Shown in pieces: positions 7,878 through 17,510 of a DNA stretch of 20,276 nt (the first letter of the stretch is position 1; each line of letters opens with the position of its first letter). Below the pieces are notes generated by a model, which saw nothing but the letters and a program-made list of their open reading frames with translations, had not been told where the DNA came from and searched no databases. Source of the stretch: Archangiaceae bacterium (GTDB lineage Bacteria > Myxococcota > Myxococcia > Myxococcales > Myxococcaceae); NCBI GenBank assembly GCA_043750125.1, contig JAYVCD010000131.1, forward strand, positions 1 through 20,276, read 5' to 3'. The translations under genes were made by a program, and so were the position numbers.

Positions 7878-9332
7878 ATGCTCACTCCACGCAGCGACGC
7901 CCCACCCAGTGAAGCACCTGGTGATCCCCTTCCCGAGGTCGGACCCGTGACCCGTCGCGTCCTGATTGTCGATGATGAAAAAGACATGGGGGACCTGTTG
8001 CGTCGGGCGTTGGAACGCAGCGGGCACAATGTCATCAACGTCACGTCTGCGGCCGAGGCCCTGGACCTGGTCGCCACCGAAGACATCGAAGTGGTGCTCA
8101 CCGATCTGGGCATGTCCGAAATGACGGGGATCAGTGTTTGCGAGCGGGTCGTGGGCACTCAGCCGGACATTCCGGTGATCGTGGTGACGGGTCAGAACAC
8201 CGTCGATTCGGCGGTCGCTTCGCTGCGCGCCGGGGCCTACGATTTTCTGACCAAGCCGGTCGACTTCAAGCTGCTCTCGCTCACCGTCGAACGGGCGATC
8301 AGCCACCGTCGCCTGCATGAAGAGGTCAAGCGGCTGAGGCTCGCGGTCGGCGGGACCACCAACGCGACCCTGCTCGGTCAGTCTTCAGGAATGCGCAAGG
8401 TGTACGACCTGGTCGCGCGCATCGCCACCACCGACACCTCGGTGCTCATTCACGGAGAAACGGGCACCGGCAAAGAGCTCGTCGCGCGTGCGATTCACAA
8501 CGCCAGCCCCCGCAGCAAGGGGCCCTTCGTCGCGATCAACTGCGCCGCCGTGCCGCTGACCCTGATCGAGTCCGAGCTGTTCGGGCACGCAAAGGGCGCT
8601 TTCACCGATGCCCGCGGCGACCGCACCGGTCTGTTCGTTCAGGCTGCAGGCGGCACCCTGTTCCTCGATGAGATTGGCGAGCTGCCGCTGGAAGTTCAGC
8701 CCAAACTGCTGCGAGCGCTGCAGGAACGCAAAGTCCGCCCCGTCGGGTCGAACCAGGAACAACCTTTCGACGTCCGCCTGGTCACCGCCACCAACCGCGA
8801 CCTCGAGTACGAGGTGTTCCAAAAACGCTTCCGCGAAGACCTCTTCTACCGGGTCAACGTGGTGACGATCGACGTGCCTCCGTTGAGAGATCGCCCGGGC
8901 GACGTGCTGCTGTTGAGCTCCCACTTCCTCAAGCGCTTCGCCGAAGCAGGAGGCAAGCCCGCTCTGACCCTCTCGAACTCGGCAGCCGAGAAGCTCGCCG
9001 CCTATTCCTGGCCCGGCAACGTGCGCGAACTCGAGAACTGCATCGAGCGCGCAGTGGCTCTGGCCCACTTCGACCAGCTGACGATCGAAGATCTTCCCGA
9101 GAAGATTCGCGCCTACCAGGTCGAGCGCTTCGTAGTCTCGGCCGACGACGCCTCGGAAGTCGTCTCGATGGAGCACGTCGAAGAGCGCTACGTGAAGCGG
9201 GTGCTCGGGTTGATGGGGGGCAACAAGTCGAAGACGGCTCAGATGCTGGGCTTCGATCGCCGCACCCTCTACCGGAAGCTGCAGCGGTACGAAGCCGAAG
9301 CGAAAGCCGCCGAAGGCCAGCAGCGATCCTGA
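7878..9332 (+). CDS. sigma54-dependent NtrC-family response regulator (REC-AAA+-Fis HTH); likely true start GTG 7947
   Basis: REC 'VLIVDDE...VLTD...DFLTKP', Walker A 'GETGTGKE', 'ESELFGH.KGAFTDA', Walker B 'TLFLDEIGE', 'FREDLFYR', 'WPGNVRELEN' and HTH 'GNKSKTAQMLGFDRRTLYRKL'. Confidence 0.96.
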   Translation: MLTPRSDAPPSEAPGDPLPEVGPVTRRVLIVDDEKDMGDLLRRALERSGHNVINVTSAAEALDLVATEDIEVVLTDLGMSEMTGISVCERVVGTQPDIPVIVVTGQNTVDSAVASLRAGAYDFLTKPVDFKLLSLTVERAISHRRLHEEVKRLRLAVGGTTNATLLGQSSGMRKVYDLVARIATTDTSVLIHGETGTGKELVARAIHNASPRSKGPFVAINCAAVPLTLIESELFGHAKGAFTDARGDRTGLFVQAAGGTLFLDEIGELPLEVQPKLLRALQERKVRPVGSNQEQPFDVRLVTATNRDLEYEVFQKRFREDLFYRVNVVTIDVPPLRDRPGDVLLLSSHFLKRFAEAGGKPALTLSNSAAEKLAAYSWPGNVRELENCIERAVALAHFDQLTIEDLPEKIRAYQVERFVVSADDASEVVSMEHVEERYVKRVLGLMGGNKSKTAQMLGFDRRTLYRKLQRYEAEAKAAEGQQRS

Positions 9333-9342
9333 CCGGAAGACT

Positions 9343-11454
9343 TCAGGTCCCGCCCTCGGCCGCGCCGCTGCCCTCTTCGCGCGGGGCGGTGGGGGCGACC
9401 ACGGTCTGCTCGATCGGGTTCAACGGGACTTCGACCGTAAACACCGAGCCGATGCCCTGTTGGCTGGACACTTCAATCGAGCCCCGGTGGGCATCGATGA
9501 TCTGCTTGGCGATGTAGAGGCCAAGCCCCAGCCCGGCGTAGCTGCGCGCTGCCTCGCCTCGCTCGAAGCGATTGAAGATCTTCGGCAGCTTGTCCGCGCT
9601 GATTCCAATTCCCCGGTCGGCGACGACCAGCGTCCCGGTGTTGCCTTCGAGAGCGACCGTCACATCGATCGGCTGTCCGTTCCCGTACTTGATCGCGTTC
9701 GAGAGCAGGTTCGAGAGGACCTGGTCGATTCGCAACGGGTCGCAGCGCACGTTCACCGGCTGCCCGGCAGTCAGGCTCAGCGTGCTGCCTCCCGCGGTGG
9801 CGGCTTCGTTGAAGCGGGCGATCACCTCGCGGGCCAGGCTCGTGAGGTCGACCTGCTCGAGCTCGAGGTGAAAGCGGCCCGCGGTGATGCGCGAGACGTC
9901 GAGCAGGCTGTCGATCAACGTCGCGAGCCGGCTGACCTGAATGGAAGATCGCTGAAGCATCCCGCGGACCTGCTCTTTGGGCATGTGATCGAGGCCCGCC
10001 TTACCCGCCACCCCCAGCAGCCGCTGCAGCTGGATTTGAAGAGGCGTCAGCGGCGTGCGCAGCTCGTGAGAAGCAATCGAAAGGAACTCGTCTCGGGCGC
10101 CAATCGCGTCCTGCGCTTCCTGGTAGAGCCGGGCGTTCTCGAAGCCCAGCGTGAGCCGGTGGGCGAAGTCTTCGGCGATTGTCACGTCGGGCAGGTCGTA
10201 CTGACGACCGGTGGCAGAGGAGATGAAGGTGATCGACCCGATCAGCCCGCCGCGGACGATCAGGGGGACGACGATCACCGACTTCAGCTCGAGGTCCCGC
10301 CACAGCTGAAAATCATTCGGTTCGGCCGACCAGCTCTGCAGCTGCGCGTCGGTTACCTCTGAGATCAACCGCGGGTGATCGCCGCCGCGCGAGGGGAACC
10401 CGGAAAAGACCCGCTGCAGCTTCTCGGCCTGGGCGTATTCCATGTGCGCGAACGCGCGCTCGGGCCTCGCCTGCGGGCTGTTGGTGGCCAGCTCGATCAC
10501 ACACCAATCGGCAAGCACCGGGACCACGGTATTGGCGATTCGGGCCAGGGTGGGCTTGGACCCCACCGACGCCAGCAAAATCTCGCTCGCCTCGGCCAGC
10601 ACCCGCTGCCCCGCTTCGGCGTGCTTTCGACGGGTGGCGTCTTCGACGATGACGATGAACTTCCGGGGCCGGCCCTTCGCATCGCGCAGCAGCGAGACCG
10701 TGGTGTCGACCCAGACCGTGTTCCCGTTGCGATGGACGAACCGCACTTCGGCGTGATCGCTTTCCCGCAGCCCCCCGAGAATTTGTTCCAACGACGCGGT
10801 CTGGGCGGCCAATTCTTCGGGGTGAACGATGTCCTGCAGCCGCAGCTTCAGCACGTCTTTGGGCGAATAGCCGATGATCTCGCACAGCCGGGGGTTCACC
10901 CGCAGACAGTGACCATCGGTGCCCACGTGTGCGATTCCTGCCGCTGCCTTCTCGAACGTGGCCTGAAATTCGGCCTCGTGCTCGCTGAGCACCTGCTGGT
11001 TGAGCGCGCGCTCGGCCCACCGCAGCTCCTTTTCCTGACGCTGCAGCCGGCGCGACTTGCGGTGCAGATCGGCGAACACCGCGACCTTCGCTTTCACGAT
11101 CTGCGGCTCGATCGGCTTGACGAGGTAGTCGACGGCGCCCAGGGAATACGCGGTGTAGATCGCGCTCACGTCCGAGCCGGCCGCGGTCAGAAAGATGATC
11201 GGAATGTGCTTGCTCGCTTCTCGTTCGAGAATCAGCCGCGCGGTCTCGAACCCGTCCATCGCCGGCATCAGCACGTCGAGCAGCACCATCGCGAAGTCGT
11301 GCTTGAGAATCTTCTTCAGCGCCTCACCCCCGGTGTTCGCCGTCACCACGTTGTAGGTGGGGTCGGTGAGAATCGCCGTCAGCGCCAGGACGTTTTCCGG
11401 GCGATCGTCGACCACCAGGATGTTGACGTTTTCCTCTGGAATCAACGCAGTCAC
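9343..11454 (-). CDS. Hybrid sensor histidine kinase REC-coiled coil-PAS-GAF-HisKA-HATPase
   Basis: N-terminal REC ('ILVVDD', 'LLDVLMP', 'DYLVKP'), PAS ('FQATFEKAAAGIA...IVHPEE...EDATRRK'), GAF ('VPVLADWCVIEL...IVVPL'), H-box 'ASHELRTPL', N-box 'NLLSNAIKY', 'DRGIGI' and 'GLGLGL'. GTGA start/stop overlap with the upstream gene. Confidence 0.93.
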   Translation of the reverse strand: MTALIPEENVNILVVDDRPENVLALTAILTDPTYNVVTANTGGEALKKILKHDFAMVLLDVLMPAMDGFETARLILEREASKHIPIIFLTAAGSDVSAIYTAYSLGAVDYLVKPIEPQIVKAKVAVFADLHRKSRRLQRQEKELRWAERALNQQVLSEHEAEFQATFEKAAAGIAHVGTDGHCLRVNPRLCEIIGYSPKDVLKLRLQDIVHPEELAAQTASLEQILGGLRESDHAEVRFVHRNGNTVWVDTTVSLLRDAKGRPRKFIVIVEDATRRKHAEAGQRVLAEASEILLASVGSKPTLARIANTVVPVLADWCVIELATNSPQARPERAFAHMEYAQAEKLQRVFSGFPSRGGDHPRLISEVTDAQLQSWSAEPNDFQLWRDLELKSVIVVPLIVRGGLIGSITFISSATGRQYDLPDVTIAEDFAHRLTLGFENARLYQEAQDAIGARDEFLSIASHELRTPLTPLQIQLQRLLGVAGKAGLDHMPKEQVRGMLQRSSIQVSRLATLIDSLLDVSRITAGRFHLELEQVDLTSLAREVIARFNEAATAGGSTLSLTAGQPVNVRCDPLRIDQVLSNLLSNAIKYGNGQPIDVTVALEGNTGTLVVADRGIGISADKLPKIFNRFERGEAARSYAGLGLGLYIAKQIIDAHRGSIEVSSQQGIGSVFTVEVPLNPIEQTVVAPTAPREEGSGAAEGGT

Positions 11455-14400
11455 GGCGCCGCGGCCAGGTGGGTCTTCATCACCGACAGCAACAGGTCAC
11501 TGTCGACCGGTTTGGGGACGAAGTCGCTGCAGCCGGCTTCGAGGCACTTCTCGCGGTCTCCCGGCATCGCCTTCGCGGTCAGCGCGATGATCGGCAGGGT
11601 CTCGTACGAGCCCATTTCGCGGATCACCTTGCAGGCCTGAAAGCCGTCCATTCCCGGAAGCATGATGTCGAGCAGAATCAGGTCGATGTCCCGATGATCG
11701 CTGAGCTCGGTGATGCCTTCCTGCGCAGTGCTCGCGCAAACCACCTGGATCCCCGTCCGCTCGAGCAGGCTGGTAACGGCGAACAGGTTTCTCGCGTCAT
11801 CGTCGATCACCAGCACCTTCTTCCCCGCCAGCTCGGCAATCGAGCTGGCCTGGCCTTCAGCCTTCAGACGGTGGACCACCGTCGGGTTCGGGCGGGGGAC
11901 GAAGGTCTCACTGAAGCGGCCGTCCAAATCCTGGGAGGACAGCGGCAGGAACAAGGTGAACTCGCTGCCTTCGCCCGGAGTGCTGTGCAGCGTGATTTCG
12001 CCCCCCAGCAGGTTGGCCAGCTCGCGGCTGATCGTGAGTCCCAGCCCTGTTCCCCCATACATTCGACTGGTCGAGGTGTCGGCCTGCTGGAAAGCCTCGA
12101 AGATCAGCCCCTGCTTCTCGGCTGGAATTCCAATGCCCGAATCGGTGACCGTGAACGACGCCACTCCCTTCGCCCTTCGCAGCGGTTCGTTGGTGAAAGA
12201 GGTGGTCGCCGCGGCCCGGCCGATGGTCAGCACCACGCTGCCTCGCTCGGTGAACTTGAACGAGTTCGACAACAGGTTCTTCAAGATTTGCTGGAGGCGA
12301 TGAATGTCCGACGTGAGCACCGCCGGCGCACCGGGCGCGAAGTTGATCGAGAAGTCGAGCGCCTTTTGTTTTGCGACCTGCCGGAAGCTGCCTTCGACGT
12401 AGTCGCGCAGCTCGCCGAGGTTGAAGCCGCGAGACTCGATGACGAGCTTGCCCGCTTCGATCTTCGACAAGTCGAGGATCTGGCTGATCAGCGAGAGCAG
12501 ATCGTTTCCGGCCGAATGAATCGTCTTCGCGTACTCGACCTGCTTGGGTGTCAGCGTGGTCTCGTCGTTGTCGGCGAGCAGCTTGGCCAGGATCAGCAGG
12601 CTATTGAGCGGAGTCCGCAGCTCGTGGGACATGTTGGCCAGAAACTCGGACTTGTATTTCGAGACCAGCGCCAGCTGACGGGCCTTCTCTTCCAGCGACG
12701 CCGAGGCGTGAGCGATTTCCGCATTCTTGTCTTCGAGCAGCGAGGCTTTCTCTTCCAGTTCCGTCGTCCGCTTCCCGAGCTCGACGTTCGAGCCCTTGAG
12801 CTCTTCGAGCAGCTCCTCGGTGCGCATGCTGGCGGTGATCATGTTGAACACCACCCCGATGCTCAAGATCACCTGCTCGAGGAACGTGATGTGAATCGGG
12901 TTGAAGCGCTGGAACGAGGCGAGCTCGATCACGCCCTTGATCTGACCTTCGAAGAGCACCGGCAGCACCAGCAGGTTTCGCGGCGACGCCTCGCCCAGCG
13001 ACGAGCTGACCCGCACGTAATCGGTGGGCACATCGTCGACGAGAATGATCTTCTTTTCGACCGCACACTGGCCGATCAGGCCTTCTCCCAGCGCGCAGCG
13101 GTTGGCGGCCGTCTTGCCTTCGTTGAAGGCGTAGCTGCTGATCAGCTTGAGGCTCGGCCGTTCTTTGGGCTTCTCGTGATCGATGACGAAGAAGGTTCCC
13201 CGCTGAGCAGAAACCAGCGGCGTCAGCTCGCTCATGATCATCTGCGCCAGTGACTCGAGGCTGCGCTGCCCCTGCATCATCTGGGAAAACTTGGCGAGGT
13301 TGGTCTTCAGCCAGTCCTGCTCTTTGTTGGTGTGGGTGGTGTCCTTCAAGTTCGCGATCATCTGGTTGATCGTGTCTTTGAGCGCCAGCACCTCGCCCTG
13401 AGCGCTCACGTCGATCGCCCGGGTCAAATCGCCCTTGGTCACCGCGGCGGCAACCTCGGAAATCGCGCGGACCTGGGTGGTCAGGTTGGCGGCGAGCTGG
13501 TTGACGTTGTCGGTAAGATCTCTCCACGTGCCAGCGGCGCCGGGCACCTTGGCCTGCCCCCCGAGCTGCCCTTCGATCCCGACCTCGCGGGCCACGGTGG
13601 TCACCTGCTCGGCGAAGGTGCGCAGGGTGTCGGTCGTCTCGTTGATCGTGTCGGCCAACGCCGCGATTTCGCCCTTCGCTTCGACGATGAACTTCTTCGT
13701 CAGATCTCCGGTGGCGATCGCGTTGACCACCTTGACGATCCCGCGCACCTGGTCCGTCAGGTTGTAGGCCATCTGGTTGACGTTGTTGGTGAGGTTCTTC
13801 CAGGTGCCGGCGACTCCGGGCACGTCGGCCTGCCCGCCCAGCTTTCCCTCGGTGCCGACTTCGCGCGCGACCCGGGTCACTTCGGCGGCGAAGGTCCGCA
13901 GCTGCTCGACCATCGCGTTGATCGTGTCTTTGAGCTCGAGGATCTCGCCCTTGGCTTCGACGGTGATCTGCTGCGAGAGGTCTCCGTTGGCGACCGCGGT
14001 GGTGACCTTGGCGATGTTCCGCACCTGGGAAGTCAGGTTTCCGGCCAGCATGTTCACGTTGTCGGTGAGGTCTCGCCAGGTGCCGGCGGCGCCGGGGACG
14101 CGCGCCTGGCCGCCCAGCTTTCCTTCATTGCCGACCTCGCGGGCGACGCTGGTCACCTGGTCCGCGAAGACCCGAAGCGTGCCGGTCATGTCGTTGATTG
14201 TGTCGGCCAGCGCGGCGATTTCGCCTTTCGCTTCCACCACCAGCTTTTGCGACAAGTCTCCTTCGGCGACCGCGGTGACGACTTTGACGATCCCGCGCAC
14301 CTGGTTGGTCAGGTTGCTGGCCATCAGGTTCACGTTTTCGGTGAGGTCCTGCCACGTGCCTGCAACCCCCGGCACCTTCGCCTGGCCTCCCAGCTTTCCG

Positions 14401-17400
14401 TCGGTGCCGACTTCACGCGCGACGCGGGTCACTTCTCGAGCGAAGGTCCGCAGCTGCTCGACCATCGCGTTGATCGTGTTCTTCAGCTCGAGAATCTCAC
14501 CCTTCGCATCGACGGTGATCTTCTGCGACAGATCTCCGGTGGCGACCGCGGTGGTGACCGCCGCGATGTTGCGCACCTGGTTGGTGAGGTTACCGGCCAG
14601 CATGTTCACGTTGTCCGTCAGATCTCTCCAGGTGCCGGCGGCGCCGGGGACCTTGGCCTGCCCCCCCAGCTTCCCTTCGGTGCCCACTTCGCGCGCCATG
14701 GTGGTGACCTGCTCGGCGAACGTCCGCAGCGTGGCGGTCATCGCGTTGATGGTGTCGGCCAGCGCGGCGATCTCGCCCTTCGCTTCGAGAACGAACTTCT
14801 GCGAGAGGTCTCCGTTGGCGACCGCGGTCACGACCTTCACGATTCCACGCACCTGGTTGGTCAGGTTGGTGGCCATGAAGTTCACGTTGTCGGTCAAATC
14901 TTTCCAGGTGCCGGCGACGCCTGCGACGTGGGCCTGCCCGCCCAGCTTTCCTTCGGTGCCGACCTCTCGAGCGACGCGGGTCACTTCTGCGGCGAACGCG
15001 CGCAGCTGATCCACCATCACGTTGATCGTGTCTTTGAGCTCGAGGATTTCCCCCTTCGCATCGACGGTGATCTTCTTCGACAAGTCGCCGTTGGCGACCG
15101 CGGTCGTCACCAGCGCGATGTTTCGCACCTGGGAAGTGAGGTTCCCTGCGAGCAGATTCACGTTGTCGGTCAGGTCCTTCCAGGTGCCGGACACCCCCTT
15201 CACGTCGGCCTGGCCGCCCAGCTTTCCTTCGGTTCCGACTTCCTTTGCGACCCGGGTCACTTCGGCAGCGAACGTTCGCAGCTGCTCGACCATCGTATTG
15301 ATGGTGACCTTCAGCTCGAGCACCTCGCCCCGCACGTCGACGGTGATCTTCTGCGAGAGGTCTCCATTCGCGACGGCGGTCGTGACCAGCGCGATGTTTC
15401 GCACCTGGTTGGTCAAGTTGCCCGCGAGCAGGTTCACGTTGTCGGTCAGGTCCTTCCACGTTCCCGACACACCGGGTACGCGGGCCTGGCCGCCGAGCTT
15501 TCCTTCGATTCCGACTTCGCGCGCGACGGTGACCACCTGCTCGGAAAAGACGCGCAGGGTATCTGTCATGTCGTTGATCGTCTCGGCGAGGTCGGCGATT
15601 TCGCCCTTCGCTTCGACGACGAACTTCTGCGAGAGGTCTCCGTTGGCGACCGCGGTCACGACCTTGACGATTCCGCGCACCTGGTTGGTCAGGTTCGACG
15701 CCATCTGGTTGACGTTGTCGGTCAGGTCCTTCCACGTGCCGGACACGCCCTTCACGTCGGCCTGCCCGCCAAGCTTTCCTTCGGTGCCCACTTCTTTCGC
15801 GACGCGGGTTACTTCGGCGGCGAACCCCCGCAGCTGCTCGACCATCATGTTGATGGTGTTCTTCAGCTCGAGCACCTCGCCGCGCACGTCGACGGTGATC
15901 TTCTGCGAGAGGTCTCCGTTGGCGACGGCGGTGGTGACCTGGGCGATGTTGCGCACCTGGTTGGTCAGGTTGCCGGCGAGCAGGTTCACGTTGTCGGTCA
16001 GGTCTTTCCACGTGCCCGACACGCCCTTCACGTCGGCTTGCCCGCCCAACTTCCCTTCCGTTCCGACTTCCTTCGCCACGCGGGTGACTTCGGCAGCGAA
16101 CGTTCGCAGCTGCTCGACCATGGTGTTGATGGTGTTCTTCAGCTCGAGCACTTCACCTTTCACATCGACGGTGATCTTCTGCGAGAGGTCTCCGTTGGCC
16201 ACCGCGGTCGTCACCAGCGCGATGTTTCGCACCTGGTTCGTCAAGTTGCCGGCCAGCAGGTTGACGTTGTCGGTCAGATCCTTCCATGTGCCCGATACCC
16301 CGGGCACGCGGGCCTGACCGCCAAGCTTTCCTTCGATTCCGACCTCGCGGGCGACGGTGACGACCTGCTCGGCGAAGAGCCGCAGCGTGTCGGTCATGTC
16401 GTTCATCGTGTCGGCGAGGTCGGCGATCTCGCCCTTGGCCTCGACGACGAACTTCTGGGTCAGATCTCCGTTGGCGACGGCGGTCACCACCTTGACGATC
16501 CCTCGGACCTGGTTGGTCAGGTTGGACGCCATGAAATTGACGTTGTCGGTCAGGTCCTTCCACGTGCCCGAGACGCCCTTCACTTCGGCCTGGCCGCCGA
16601 GCTTTCCTTCGGTGCCGACTTCTTTGGCGACGCGAGTGACTTCTGCCGCGAACGCGCGCAGCTGCTCGACCATCGTGTTGACGGTGTTCTTCAACGCGAG
16701 AATTTCACCCCGCGCGTCGACGGTAATCTTCTGCGAGAGGTCTCCGTTGGCGACAGCGGTGGTGACGAGGGCGATGTTTCGCACCTGGGTGGTGAGATTT
16801 CCGGCCAGCAGGTTGACGTTGTCGGTCAGGTCTTTCCACGTTCCGCTCAAGCCCTTGACGTCGGCTTGTCCCCCCAGTTTTCCTTCGGTGCCGACTTCGC
16901 GGGCGACGCGGGTGACTTCCGACGAGACGGCCCGCAGCCGGTCGACCAGCTGGTTGACCGCGTGGGCCACTCTCAGCGCATCGCCCTTCAAGGGGTGAGC
17001 ATCGATCTCGAGCGCCATCTTGCTCGACAAGTCTCCTTCGGCCACGGCGTTGATGATTCGAGCGACCTCTCGGGTCCGCCCGGCGTACTCCCCGGTCATC
17101 GCGTTGAACGACTCGATGCTCACCGACCAGGCCCCCCTGACCCGGCCGACGGAAACGGGTTCGGTGACGCTGCCTTCCCGACCGACCGACTTGGCCACTC
17201 GAACGAACTCGGTGGTGACCCCTTCGGTCTTGTCGATCAGCGCGTTGTAGGCCCCGGCGACTTCCGAGCTCAGCGCGCTGCCTTCTTTGGGCAGGCGAAC
17301 ACTGAAGTCTCCGTTGCCCGCAGCCTTCAAGCCCTCCAACACCGCTTCCAGGCGGCTTTCCAGAAAACGGGTGTACTCGTCCGGCTTGGCCGGACGGCGG

Positions 17401-17510
17401 GGGACGGGGACTCGTCGGGCTGAGAGCCGAGCCACCGGCTTCACGACCCCTTTCGAAAGCTCATGGGGGACCGCACCGTTGGCCTTCTGAACGCCGTTAC
17501 TCTTGTGCAC
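11451..17510 (-). CDS. Giant cytoplasmic poly-HAMP hybrid histidine kinase (HAMP repeats-GAF-HisKA-HATPase-REC), similar in architecture to fungal group III Nik1/Os-1 and Streptomyces OsaA
   Basis: 13 tandem 92-aa units '[21 protein letters not shown]...GDLSQKI...GE', then a GAF, H-box '[14 protein letters not shown]', '[10 protein letters not shown]', 'DSGIGI', 'YGGTGLGL' and a terminal REC ('IDDD', 'LLDIMLP', 'LTAKAM', 'KP'). GTG 17510 is preceded by GGGAG; the ORF track start is 17555. Confidence 0.93.
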   Translation of the reverse strand: MHKSNGVQKANGAVPHELSKGVVKPVARLSARRVPVPRRPAKPDEYTRFLESRLEAVLEGLKAAGNGDFSVRLPKEGSALSSEVAGAYNALIDKTEGVTTEFVRVAKSVGREGSVTEPVSVGRVRGAWSVSIESFNAMTGEYAGRTREVARIINAVAEGDLSSKMALEIDAHPLKGDALRVAHAVNQLVDRLRAVSSEVTRVAREVGTEGKLGGQADVKGLSGTWKDLTDNVNLLAGNLTTQVRNIALVTTAVANGDLSQKITVDARGEILALKNTVNTMVEQLRAFAAEVTRVAKEVGTEGKLGGQAEVKGVSGTWKDLTDNVNFMASNLTNQVRGIVKVVTAVANGDLTQKFVVEAKGEIADLADTMNDMTDTLRLFAEQVVTVAREVGIEGKLGGQARVPGVSGTWKDLTDNVNLLAGNLTNQVRNIALVTTAVANGDLSQKITVDVKGEVLELKNTINTMVEQLRTFAAEVTRVAKEVGTEGKLGGQADVKGVSGTWKDLTDNVNLLAGNLTNQVRNIAQVTTAVANGDLSQKITVDVRGEVLELKNTINMMVEQLRGFAAEVTRVAKEVGTEGKLGGQADVKGVSGTWKDLTDNVNQMASNLTNQVRGIVKVVTAVANGDLSQKFVVEAKGEIADLAETINDMTDTLRVFSEQVVTVAREVGIEGKLGGQARVPGVSGTWKDLTDNVNLLAGNLTNQVRNIALVTTAVANGDLSQKITVDVRGEVLELKVTINTMVEQLRTFAAEVTRVAKEVGTEGKLGGQADVKGVSGTWKDLTDNVNLLAGNLTSQVRNIALVTTAVANGDLSKKITVDAKGEILELKDTINVMVDQLRAFAAEVTRVAREVGTEGKLGGQAHVAGVAGTWKDLTDNVNFMATNLTNQVRGIVKVVTAVANGDLSQKFVLEAKGEIAALADTINAMTATLRTFAEQVTTMAREVGTEGKLGGQAKVPGAAGTWRDLTDNVNMLAGNLTNQVRNIAAVTTAVATGDLSQKITVDAKGEILELKNTINAMVEQLRTFAREVTRVAREVGTDGKLGGQAKVPGVAGTWQDLTENVNLMASNLTNQVRGIVKVVTAVAEGDLSQKLVVEAKGEIAALADTINDMTGTLRVFADQVTSVAREVGNEGKLGGQARVPGAAGTWRDLTDNVNMLAGNLTSQVRNIAKVTTAVANGDLSQQITVEAKGEILELKDTINAMVEQLRTFAAEVTRVAREVGTEGKLGGQADVPGVAGTWKNLTNNVNQMAYNLTDQVRGIVKVVNAIATGDLTKKFIVEAKGEIAALADTINETTDTLRTFAEQVTTVAREVGIEGQLGGQAKVPGAAGTWRDLTDNVNQLAANLTTQVRAISEVAAAVTKGDLTRAIDVSAQGEVLALKDTINQMIANLKDTTHTNKEQDWLKTNLAKFSQMMQGQRSLESLAQMIMSELTPLVSAQRGTFFVIDHEKPKERPSLKLISSYAFNEGKTAANRCALGEGLIGQCAVEKKIILVDDVPTDYVRVSSSLGEASPRNLLVLPVLFEGQIKGVIELASFQRFNPIHITFLEQVILSIGVVFNMITASMRTEELLEELKGSNVELGKRTTELEEKASLLEDKNAEIAHASASLEEKARQLALVSKYKSEFLANMSHELRTPLNSLLILAKLLADNDETTLTPKQVEYAKTIHSAGNDLLSLISQILDLSKIEAGKLVIESRGFNLGELRDYVEGSFRQVAKQKALDFSINFAPGAPAVLTSDIHRLQQILKNLLSNSFKFTERGSVVLTIGRAAATTSFTNEPLRRAKGVASFTVTDSGIGIPAEKQGLIFEAFQQADTSTSRMYGGTGLGLTISRELANLLGGEITLHSTPGEGSEFTLFLPLSSQDLDGRFSETFVPRPNPTVVHRLKAEGQASSIAELAGKKVLVIDDDARNLFAVTSLLERTGIQVVCASTAQEGITELSDHRDIDLILLDIMLPGMDGFQACKVIREMGSYETLPIIALTAKAMPGDREKCLEAGCSDFVPKPVDSDLLLSVMKTHLAAAP
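13335..16889 (-). repeat. Intragenic tandem repeat, 13 x 276 bp (92-aa di-HAMP units; last unit partial)
   Basis: The unit start xEGxLGGQA occurs at 16889 and again exactly 12 x 276 bp later at 13577. A degenerate extra unit precedes the array. Confidence 0.93.

Noticed and set aside
8595-8612. GAFTDA instead of GAFTGA as a sign of a sigma54-independent activator
   Set aside because: The critical F and T are retained, GAFTDA is a common natural variant, and sigma54 promoters are present nearby.
4917-13253. Long antisense ORFs (4917-6170, 8385-9176, 9460-10362, 10375-11640, 11469-13253)
   Set aside because: They lie opposite well-supported genes, lack motifs, and are expected in GC-rich DNA.
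13335-16889. Regularly recurring DNA words that could look like a CRISPR or non-coding repeat array
   Set aside because: The period is 276 bp and in frame, variation is concentrated at synonymous sites, there are no unique spacers, and no cas genes are present.
13332-17423. 1363-aa ORF on + antisense to the poly-HAMP kinase (also 13777-15009, 15022-16317 and the same-strand alternative frame 14590-16011)
   Set aside because: Shadow frames. High-GC codon bias in a 276-bp repeat propagates a stop-free frame, the ORF spans essentially the repeat region, and it has no recognisable motifs.
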